The translations under genes and the position numbers were made by a program. 37,036 nt of DNA from Chitinophagaceae bacterium (GTDB lineage Bacteria > Bacteroidota > Bacteroidia > Chitinophagales > Chitinophagaceae). Shown piece after piece: positions 29,853 to 37,036 of the stretch (position 1 is its first letter; each line of letters opens with the position of its first letter). Under the pieces are notes generated by a model, which worked only from the letters and a program-made list of their open reading frames with translations, was not told the origin of the DNA and searched no databases. The stretch is taken from NCBI GenBank assembly GCA_947472215.1, contig CANJAW010000001.1, forward strand, positions 1 to 37,036, given 5' to 3'.

Positions 29853-30803
29853 TTATTTTGTGTGCGTATGTGAGGTTAAATTTCTAAAAATATCTTCCAG
29901 GCTATTGGTTTCACTTTGCAAAGAAACAACGTTCAGCTTGTTTTTCAAACTCAATTCCAATAGCTGTGTTTTTACACTATCCGGCTGGCTGGTTGTTAGC
30001 TTAAAAACAGAGCCTTTGCTAGCGAGAGAGTGGTCCCCAATGGGTTGTATTATTTCAACCTGAATAACATGGTTAAGCAGGGTTAATAGACTTGAGTCTA
30101 AAATTTCTTTGAAAGCTACGGTTACAATGGCGGCACCATTAGATGCCTTTTGTAAATTACTTAGTGTATCATCTGCTACCAATTTCCCTTGATCGATAAT
30201 AATTACCCGGTCGCAGATGGCTTGTACTTCCTGTAAAATATGGGAGGAAAATAAGATGGTCTTATTTTTACCTAATTGTTGTATCAGTTCCCTGATTTCT
30301 GCTAGCTGGTTAGGATCAAGTCCGGCAGTAGGCTCATCCAAAATCAACACCTCTGGATCATGAATTAGTGCGGCAGCCAATCCTACTCTTTGTTTGTATC
30401 CCTTACTTAACTGCCCAATTTTTTTATTAGCTTCTACTGTTAATCCGGTTGATTGTATTACCTGCTCAATGGCTTGCTTTGGATTTTTTATTTCGTGAAG
30501 CGCCGATATGAATGCAAGGTATTCCCTCACATACATCTCGTAATAAAGGGGATTCGCCTCTGGCAGATAACCAATTTTCTTCTTGGCTGAAAGTGAATCG
30601 GGACTCACCATTTCGCCTGCTACCGATACTGTTCCTGCATCCGCCACTAAATATCCGGTAATCATTTTCATGGTGGTACTTTTTCCAGCACCATTGGGTC
30701 CTAAAAAGCCAACAATTTCTCCTTTTGCAATAGCGAATGAAATAGCATTCACCGCTATTTGTGCGCCATACAATTTGGAAAGATTGTTTACTTCAATTGA
30801 CAT
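29853..30803 (-). CDS. gldA: Gliding motility-associated ABC transporter ATP-binding subunit
   Basis: MSIEV start, GFLGPNGAGKSTTMK, GYLPE.NPLY..MYVREYL, LSKGYKQRVGLA.ALIHDPEVLILDEPT and SLEDIF. Confidence 0.82.
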   Translation of the reverse strand: MSIEVNNLSKLYGAQIAVNAISFAIAKGEIVGFLGPNGAGKSTTMKMITGYLVADAGTVSVAGEMVSPDSLSAKKKIGYLPEANPLYYEMYVREYLAFISALHEIKNPKQAIEQVIQSTGLTVEANKKIGQLSKGYKQRVGLAAALIHDPEVLILDEPTAGLDPNQLAEIRELIQQLGKNKTILFSSHILQEVQAICDRVIIIDQGKLVADDTLSNLQKASNGAAIVTVAFKEILDSSLLTLLNHVIQVEIIQPIGDHSLASKGSVFKLTTSQPDSVKTQLLELSLKNKLNVVSLQSETNSLEDIFRNLTSHTHTK

Positions 30804-30816
30804 CTATAAAAATTAT

Positions 30817-30856
30817 TCAAAAATAAAAACGCCAGCAGTAAACGTCGACGTTTTTA
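30817..30856 (-). terminator. Probable terminator after ricT
   Basis: Minus strand TAAAAACGTCG...TGGCGTTTTTA followed by TTTTT; also contains the perfect palindrome AAACGTCGACGTTT (30840-30853). Confidence 0.55.
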
Positions 30857-30867
30857 CTATGATTGAT

Positions 30868-32259
30868 TTATTTGTTTTCTTCAGCACCCTGCGCTCCCTG
30901 TGAAGGCCTGTTGGGTTGGTTACCTCTGTTTTGTGAGGGGTTTTGCTGCCCACGATTGGGTTGACCCTGGCGATTGCCTCCAGATTGCGGTGGTCGCTGC
31001 GGCCCCTGTCCATCCCTATTTTGAGGAGGGCGTTGCTGACCCTGTCTGCCCCTATCTTGTGGTGGCCGCTGCTGCCCCTGACCATCCCTATTTTGAGGAG
31101 GCCTTTGCTGTTGCCTGTTTCCGCCGGCTTGTCCTTGTCCTCTTTCATTCTCCCTTCTTTTTCGGCTAGTTTTTTCAAGGCTCTTCAAACTAATTTGCCC
31201 TACCACATCTACGTAGGTGGGTTCAATTTCAACTGGCTTTTTGCTGACTACTTCTACCGTTTCAAGTTCTTCTGGTCGAATACCCTGCCGGTTGAGGGCT
31301 TTTATCTTTTTAACACTTTCTATCGTTAGAGGATATTGCTTATTACTGTCGGGCATGGTATACCACATCAGGTTGCGGAAAATATCTTTCTTTACCAAAA
31401 AAGCACGGCTTCTGGCAAGTTCTATCATATCACAATCATCCGGAAAATTTTGAAGTGCATCTAGATAGGTGTCTAGCTCAAAATTCAGACAACATTTTAA
31501 CCTTCCACATTGCCCACTGAGCTTGGTTTGATTGATACTTAAATTTTGATAACGTGCCGCATTGGTGTTTACACTTTTAAAATCGGTTAACCAGGTACTG
31601 CAACAAAGTTCTCTTCCACAGCTTCCAATCCCACCTACTTTACCTGCTTCCTGGCGAGCTCCAATCTGCTTCATTTCTACTTTCACCTTAAACTCACCCG
31701 CATAAATTTTTATCAACTCCCTAAAATCAACCCGGTCATCCGCAATGTAGAAAAAGGTAGCCTTGCGTCCATCTGCCTGAATTTCCACCTCGGCTACTTT
31801 CATATCCAGGTTCAGGTGTTTAGCAATGGCACGGCTACGAATCATTACCTCTTTTTCCCTTGCTTTCGACTCCTTACTTTTACCTAGGTCGGTGTCATTA
31901 GCCCTGCGTAAAATTTTCTTTATGTCAGCACTTTCTTCTTTGATATTGTTCTTTTTCAATTGCAGGCGCACCAACTCTCCGGTCATGTTTACACTTCCTA
32001 CATCAAAGCCACTCACACCTTCCACAGCAATCATATCACCCTTCTCAAAAAAATAAGTGGTGGTATTTTTAAAGTAATCTTTCCTGCTGCCATTATTAAA
32101 ACTCACCTCAACAATTCTGCAACCGCTTTCAGGATCACTGAAGGGGAGATTGGCAAGCCAATCATGCACATTCATTCGGTTGCAACTTCCACTTGAACAA
32201 CTACCATGACTTTGACAACCTCCTGGGCTGCTTTCAGATCCACAATTTCCACATGCCAT
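30868..32259 (-). CDS. ricT: RicT/YaaT (PSP1 domain) iron-sulfur regulatory protein
   Basis: Cys-rich N-terminus MACGNC..GC...C...C, FYIADDRVDFRELIK, QIGARQEA, GSCGRELCCSTW and KLSGQCGRLKCCLNFE. Start moved to ATG 32259. Confidence 0.9.
   Translation of the reverse strand: MACGNCGSESSPGGCQSHGSCSSGSCNRMNVHDWLANLPFSDPESGCRIVEVSFNNGSRKDYFKNTTTYFFEKGDMIAVEGVSGFDVGSVNMTGELVRLQLKKNNIKEESADIKKILRRANDTDLGKSKESKAREKEVMIRSRAIAKHLNLDMKVAEVEIQADGRKATFFYIADDRVDFRELIKIYAGEFKVKVEMKQIGARQEAGKVGGIGSCGRELCCSTWLTDFKSVNTNAARYQNLSINQTKLSGQCGRLKCCLNFELDTYLDALQNFPDDCDMIELARSRAFLVKKDIFRNLMWYTMPDSNKQYPLTIESVKKIKALNRQGIRPEELETVEVVSKKPVEIEPTYVDVVGQISLKSLEKTSRKRRENERGQGQAGGNRQQQRPPQNRDGQGQQRPPQDRGRQGQQRPPQNRDGQGPQRPPQSGGNRQGQPNRGQQNPSQNRGNQPNRPSQGAQGAEENK
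30985..31110 (-). repeat. Intragenic 36-bp (12-aa) tandem repeat, about 3.5 copies
   Basis: QQRPPQNRDGQG / QQRPPQDRGRQG / QQRPPQNRDGQG / PQRPPQ; the DNA string CCATCCCTATTTTGAGGAGG occurs twice, 72 bp apart. Confidence 0.9.
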
Positions 32260-32640
32260 ATTGAACGTAATTAAAAAATTAAAAATTAAGATACCTGCAA
32301 GGGGAATAAGTGATAGGGAGGGAGGTTTAGCATTAAAACCATCCTTTGAGAGGGCAATTATTTTTCCGGCTATAGTTAGCTTCAACTTCATTGATCCCGA
32401 ATGTATCGGGAAAGACGATGGCACCCTGAAACTTTTCAGTTTTTATATGCTGAATAGGGGCACCTATTTTTTATACAATTTTTATTTAGCGGGTCATTCG
32501 ACCCCTTTATAAATGCAGACTGTATAAATTAGCTCCGGAAAAAACCGGAATCAGACTTCTCAATGATGTTGTGATATAGCGGAGAAGATAATTCCAACAA
32601 CTTACTCCAACCCCTAGGACCTAACCTAAGGACTTATTCC
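32260..32640 (-). other. Hairpin-rich intergenic region, candidate structured RNA or ricT leader
   Basis: At least 7 successive inverted repeats seen by eye; no RNA family recognised. Confidence 0.4.
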
Positions 32641-33858
32641 TCAATGAATCAAAATTAGCGAATTGTTGGTAATAATGTGGTACAACTTGATAGAGAGGGC
32701 ATGAAAGAGCATTTTTCCGTTGGCATTTCGCTCAATATAGTAGCTAGCTTTGTCCAATTCATGTACAATGGCCTCTTGCTGGTGAATGGTACAAAGTTTA
32801 TTTAACCGAAGTGCGAAGTCTTTTTCATTGGCTGCGATAGATAGACTATTGGCCGTTTTTTCATCCATCACCCCTAGCCGAATTGCCTGTTCCAGCAAAT
32901 GGGTGAAATATTTAAGAAATTGTTTTTGTTTTTCCCTACCCTGTTTACTCATGTCTTCTATCCATTTCACTTGCCCCGCTAGGTTTTTTTTGGAGATCAG
33001 GTTCAGCCATTCCCTTAGGGTAATCTGCCAGTCGTCCTCAGCCTGTTCCAGTAGTTGCAACGCTTCGTGGTAGTTTCCCTCACTTAGGGCTGCTATTTGT
33101 TGCGCTTTTTCAATTGGCACCCCCATTCTTTGGGCTAAAGCTGATTCCACTTCCAAATTCGAAAGCGAAGGGATTTTCACCAATTGTGTTCTAGATAAGA
33201 TTGTAGGCAAGATAAGGTCTTCGTTTTCTGCCACCAGCAAGAATAAGGTGTTGGGTGGCGGCTCCTCAATGAGTTTTAATAATTTGTTGCCGTTTTTGGT
33301 GAGGTATTCGGGCATCCAGATGATTAAAATTTTATATTCACTCTCAAAACTTTTCAAACTTATTTTACGGTTAATATCATTGCATTCATCGGAGGTAATA
33401 TTTCCCTGTCTATTTTCTGCACCTATAAATTGGAGCCAGTCGTACACATTGCCATAGGGCTGGGCGGCTGTAAAGCCTCTCCATTCGTTGATATAATCCG
33501 TACTAATGGGCTTATCGCCTGGCTTTCGGGGTATTACCGGATATGAAAAGTGAATATCGGGATGTATTAGTTGACTGGCTTTGGTACAGGCGCTGCAAAC
33601 TCCACAAGAGTCTGTAAAATTGGCTATTGGTTGGCTAGCGAGCTCAGGCTCTCCAAAAAGAGAAGGCTCTTCAGATTTTTTTATTTTACCATTCACCTGT
33701 TCACATACAATGTACTGGGCAAATGCTAGTGCCAGTGATAGTGCACCGGATCCTTCCTTGCTTAAAAATAATAATGCATGGCTCAGCCGATTATGCTGTA
33801 CCATTTGAATCAATTGCTCTTTGATCTCCCTTTGCCCTATACCTTTTTCGAATTGCAC
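32641..33858 (-). CDS. holB: DNA polymerase III subunit delta'
   Basis: RLSHALLF, zinc module CEQ...SCGVCSAC, HPDIH, NKLLKLIEEPP and ILPTILSR. GTG 33858 (MQFEK.IGQ) is the preferred start. Confidence 0.9.
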   Translation of the reverse strand: MQFEKGIGQREIKEQLIQMVQHNRLSHALLFLSKEGSGALSLALAFAQYIVCEQVNGKIKKSEEPSLFGEPELASQPIANFTDSCGVCSACTKASQLIHPDIHFSYPVIPRKPGDKPISTDYINEWRGFTAAQPYGNVYDWLQFIGAENRQGNITSDECNDINRKISLKSFESEYKILIIWMPEYLTKNGNKLLKLIEEPPPNTLFLLVAENEDLILPTILSRTQLVKIPSLSNLEVESALAQRMGVPIEKAQQIAALSEGNYHEALQLLEQAEDDWQITLREWLNLISKKNLAGQVKWIEDMSKQGREKQKQFLKYFTHLLEQAIRLGVMDEKTANSLSIAANEKDFALRLNKLCTIHQQEAIVHELDKASYYIERNANGKMLFHALSIKLYHIITNNSLILIH

Positions 33859-33873
33859 AGCACAAAGTAAAAT

Positions 33874-33911
33874 AAAAAAGACATCCAAAGTTTTTTAAAC
33901 CCTGGATGTCT
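33874..33911 (-). terminator. Terminator of the glutathione peroxidase gene
   Basis: AGACATCCA (33879-33887) / TGGATGTCT (33903-33911), followed by a T-run on the minus strand. Confidence 0.7.
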
Positions 33912-33931
33912 ATCAAAAATATTTTTTAATT

Positions 33932-34504
33932 CTATAATTTACTGGTCAATTCTTCACTTAAAGGGGTAACATTGCTGTTAAATTTCACAATAATCTTCCC
34001 ATTTTCGTCCAACAAAAATTTATTAAAATTCCATTTTATTTCCGCGTCCAATACGCCATTTTCACTTTTATTGCATAACCATTTATAAATAGGAGCCGTG
34101 TCCTCTCCTTTTACAGAAATCTTGGCAGCCATTGGAAAACTAACACCGTAATTCTTTTTGCAGAATTCTTTAATCTCAGCATTGGAACCTGGTTCCTGTC
34201 CGCCAAAATTATTTGCCGGAAATCCAACTATTACCAAACGGTCTTTGTATTTTTTGTAAAGTGCTTCCAGGCCTTCATATTGAGGAGTATACCCACATTC
34301 GGAGGCGGTGTTTACAATCAATATTTTTTTTCCTTTAAAGGCGGCAAAATTGATTCGGCTACCATCGAGTGCGTCCACTGAAAAGTCGAAGATCGATTTG
34401 GCTGCAGGTTGTTGAGGTAAATTGCCTTCCTTGTTGTTTATGGGCGCATTGGTTAACGACATACAAGAAATGAGTACAGTTGAAATGAGTAATGATTTTA
34501 ACAT
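33932..34504 (-). CDS. Exported Cys-type glutathione peroxidase family protein
   Basis: VNTASECGYTPQY, GFPANNFGGQEPG and WNFNKFL motifs; N-terminal signal or lipoprotein-like sequence. Confidence 0.93.
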   Translation of the reverse strand: MLKSLLISTVLISCMSLTNAPINNKEGNLPQQPAAKSIFDFSVDALDGSRINFAAFKGKKILIVNTASECGYTPQYEGLEALYKKYKDRLVIVGFPANNFGGQEPGSNAEIKEFCKKNYGVSFPMAAKISVKGEDTAPIYKWLCNKSENGVLDAEIKWNFNKFLLDENGKIIVKFNSNVTPLSEELTSKL

Positions 34505-34526
34505 GTTGATTGGTATTTTTAACGTG

Positions 34527-34552
34527 TAACGATTGAAAAAGGATTTTGTTGC
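34527..34552 (-). promoter_or_regulatory. ECF-sigma-type promoter candidate for the peroxidase gene
   Basis: Minus strand GCAAC-N16-CGTTA, 22 nt upstream of the ATG. Confidence 0.5.
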
Positions 34553-34665
34553 TATTACCTGAAAGTACTTCTTTTTTATTAAGAATATAATTACTTCAGG
34601 TTAAATTATTAAATTGTAACTGGCAGGAGCTGATTGTTTGGGTACTAGCCAACTATACATCCTTT

Positions 34666-35367
34666 CTATTTGGTTGCCATTGACAAAGTTGCTACACTTA
34701 GCTTCACGTTGGCAGTTTGTATAATTGCCTGCCCGCAGGCTTCCAAGGTAGCGCCGGTGGTGATTACATCATCCACCAATAGCAGATTTTTATTGAAGAG
34801 TATTGTTGGGTTCTTAACAAAAAAACTGTCCGCTACATTTTCCCATCTTTCTCTTCGGTGTTTTTTAGTCTGTGTTTCAGTAAACCGCTGCCGGATAACA
34901 TTGTCTACGATTACAGGGATATGCATACTGGCCGATATGCCATCGCAAATTACCGCAGCTTGGTTAAATCCCCTTTTTCTTTCTTTTTCGGGGTATAGAG
35001 GCAGTGGAACCAGGTAATCTAGATTTTTGAACCGGTTACTGTTCAATAAACTGTTGCCCATGAGCTCTCCCAGAAAATAGCCAATATCTTGGTTGCCTTT
35101 GTATTTTAATTGGTGAATCAGGTGTTGGAGGAGCGTTTCTTTGGCAAAATAAAATTCGCTATGGGCTGCAACCAGCGGAATTCTACCCCAAAATATTTTT
35201 TCGATGGGGTTGTTGGCATGTTGGGCAAAATTGGTATGGGGTAAATCGTTGATGCATTGTAAGCAAAGTAGCTGGTGATCGTTTAATAGGTCTGAGCCAC
35301 ATCCCGTGCAGGTATGAGGGTAGAAAAGATGGAGGGCGTCAAAAAAAATGGATTGCAGGGCTGACAT
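34666..35367 (-). CDS. comF: ComF family protein (double zinc ribbon plus phosphoribosyltransferase domain)
   Basis: CTGC...CLQC, LKY, VPLP....RKRGFNQA and LLVDDVITTGATL motifs. Confidence 0.9.
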   Translation of the reverse strand: MSALQSIFFDALHLFYPHTCTGCGSDLLNDHQLLCLQCINDLPHTNFAQHANNPIEKIFWGRIPLVAAHSEFYFAKETLLQHLIHQLKYKGNQDIGYFLGELMGNSLLNSNRFKNLDYLVPLPLYPEKERKRGFNQAAVICDGISASMHIPVIVDNVIRQRFTETQTKKHRRERWENVADSFFVKNPTILFNKNLLLVDDVITTGATLEACGQAIIQTANVKLSVATLSMATK

Positions 35368-35508
35368 TCCTCAATATATTACAAAAAATACTCATTTTTT
35401 CACTAAAATTATATTTAAAAGAGTGGAAATGGGCCCACAATGATTTTTTATTGTAGCCTACAACTGCCCTATTAGGATGTCTTTTTTCTTGTAAAAAAGG
35501 GATTTTTT

Positions 35509-36882
35509 TTAAAATAAATACTGGTACAATTCTTCCACTTTGGCAAGTGGCACCACTTCAATATCAAATTTTATTTTGTTCAGTGATTTGGCATTGTACT
35601 TGCTGACAATAATTTTTTTGAATCCTAATTTTTCAGCTTCTGCAATTCGTTGTTCGATACGGTTGACCGCTCTGATTTCTCCGCTCAATCCCACTTCTCC
35701 GGCAAAGCAATAGTGTTGGTTTACGGGAATGTCTTCGTAACTACTCAACAAAGCGCAAACAATTGCCAGATCGATGGAGGGATCTTCTACTTTTATACCA
35801 CCTGCAATATTTACAAATACATCTTTTACTCCAAAATGAAAGCCGCCTCTTTTTTCAAGTACTGCCAGTAAAAGTTGAAGTCGGCGAAGGTCAAAGCCGC
35901 TGACGGTTCGTTGCGGTGTGCCATACACGCTTTGGGTTACCAAAGCCTGTCCTTCTATCAACAATGGCCGCATCCCTTCGATGGTTGCAGCAATGGCAAT
36001 GCCGCTTAATTGTTCTTCCTTTTGGGTAATTAAAATTTCGGAGGGGTTGCTTACAGCACGCATCCCTTCGCTGGTCATTTCGTAGATACCTAATTCTGAT
36101 GTGGAACCAAATCTATTTTTGAGCGTCCTCAAAATTCGGTATGCATAATGGCGATCACCTTCAAACTGCAGTACCGTGTCAACCATGTGTTCTAAAATTT
36201 TTGGACCGGCGATATTTCCGTCCTTGGTAATATGCCCAATTAAAAAAACCGGTGTCTGGGTTTCTTTGGCAAATCGTTGTAGCTCTGCGGCGCATTCCCT
36301 TATCTGGCTTACACTTCCGGGGCCGCTCTCTACAAAAGGGGACTGTAAAGTTTGAATGGAATCGACGATGACCAACTGTGGTTTCAGTTTTTTTATTTCC
36401 TGAAAAATTGTTTGGGTATTGGTTTCTGTTAGTAAATAAAACGAGTCGCTTTTGATGCCGACCCTATCTGCCCGCATTTTGATTTGTTGCTCACTTTCTT
36501 CGCCACTAATGTACAGTGTTACCACCTCCTTTAGTTGTAATCCAATCTGTAAAAACAGGGTTGATTTGCCGATGCCTGGTTCACCTGCTACTAATACGAT
36601 ACTTCCCAATACGATGCCGCCTCCTAGCACACGATTTACTTCCGCATCATTGGTAATGATTCTTTTTTCTTCTGCACTGCTTACTTCGTTGATGGAGATG
36701 GTTTTTAATTTCCCTATTCCATTATATTCTTTCCATTCATTGTTATCTTTTTTGTCATTGCCTTTTACAATCACTTCTTCTACGAAAGTGTTCCAGTTTT
36801 CACAGCTGGGACATTTTCCAACCCATTTGGCACTTTCGTAACCACATTGCTGACAAAAAAATCCTGACTTTGTTTTGCTCAT
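35509..36882 (-). CDS. radA: DNA repair protein RadA/Sms
   Basis: C4 zinc finger CQQC...CPSC, Walker A GEPGIGKST, KNRFG motif and Lon-like C-terminus GEVGLSGEIR. Confidence 0.97.
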   Translation of the reverse strand: MSKTKSGFFCQQCGYESAKWVGKCPSCENWNTFVEEVIVKGNDKKDNNEWKEYNGIGKLKTISINEVSSAEEKRIITNDAEVNRVLGGGIVLGSIVLVAGEPGIGKSTLFLQIGLQLKEVVTLYISGEESEQQIKMRADRVGIKSDSFYLLTETNTQTIFQEIKKLKPQLVIVDSIQTLQSPFVESGPGSVSQIRECAAELQRFAKETQTPVFLIGHITKDGNIAGPKILEHMVDTVLQFEGDRHYAYRILRTLKNRFGSTSELGIYEMTSEGMRAVSNPSEILITQKEEQLSGIAIAATIEGMRPLLIEGQALVTQSVYGTPQRTVSGFDLRRLQLLLAVLEKRGGFHFGVKDVFVNIAGGIKVEDPSIDLAIVCALLSSYEDIPVNQHYCFAGEVGLSGEIRAVNRIEQRIAEAEKLGFKKIIVSKYNAKSLNKIKFDIEVVPLAKVEELYQYLF

Positions 36883-37036
36883 AGTGTAAATGTAAATCGT
36901 AAAATTTAAAAAGCTGAGAATGAAAAGATGAAATGGATGAAAACGAGGGCTTTAAAAATTGGTTGGTTGAAAATTATAAAACTTTTCTAGAAAAAAGGGT
37001 GATGAAAAAAATTAGCATGTGGAAGAGGAGAAGAAA

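Noticed and set aside
30985-31110. 36-bp periodicity as a possible CRISPR array
   Set aside because: The units are contiguous, in-frame and coding, with no unique spacers and no cas genes.
30813-31329. Alternative-frame and antisense ORFs (121, 89 and 128 aa) over the ricT tail
   Set aside because: They are by-products of the GC-rich, stop-poor 36-bp repeat. The main frame is continuous, so no frameshift or second gene is needed.
32260-32512. 55-aa N-terminal extension of ricT and the antisense 83-aa ORF
   Set aside because: Neither resembles a known protein. The Cys-rich MACGNC start with an AT-rich leader fits better, and the region looks structured and non-coding.
33859-33888. ORF-track start for holB at 33888
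   Set aside because: It lies inside the upstream terminator hairpin; GTG 33858 gives the expected N-terminus.
34295-34297. Possible selenocysteine in the glutathione peroxidase
   Set aside because: The active-site codon is TGT (Cys), not TGA.
34666-36882. radA-comF as a dedicated natural-competence locus
   Set aside because: Both genes are widespread, and no comEC, dprA or pilin genes are in the window; adjacency alone is not evidence.

Overview
Chromosomal window from a Bacteroidota bacterium, probably Chitinophagaceae-like. The assignment is inferred from TAnnTTTG -7 promoter boxes, AT-rich leaders without Shine-Dalgarno sequences, gldA and a DUF6089/PorG-like barrel. Most genes are housekeeping: psd, cdsA, a CPBP protease, dusB, an acyl-CoA ligase, serC with DUF1015, a secreted S1/P1-PLC zinc enzyme, DUF502, an AIM24 protein, YccA, korA, nth, ftsB, eno, gldA, ricT, holB, a glutathione peroxidase, comF and radA. 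Two accessory-type units are present: a TetR-TolC-MFP-RND efflux operon and a compact arsR-arsM-arsC arsenic operon with no efflux pump. I see no rRNA, tRNA, CRISPR array, transposase, integrase or phage gene, and no unambiguous new multi-gene system. The best leads are: a hairpin-dense ~380-nt holB-ricT spacer (candidate structured RNA), a RicT with a repetitive Q/R/P/G-rich tail, serC-DUF1015 as a possible non-canonical serine pathway step, the pump-less ars operon, a structured spacer with a short ORF inside the RND operon, shared LacI-like and ECF-like regulatory motifs, and a korA lacking an adjacent korB. All family calls come from motif recognition by eye; no database search or folding computation was run.
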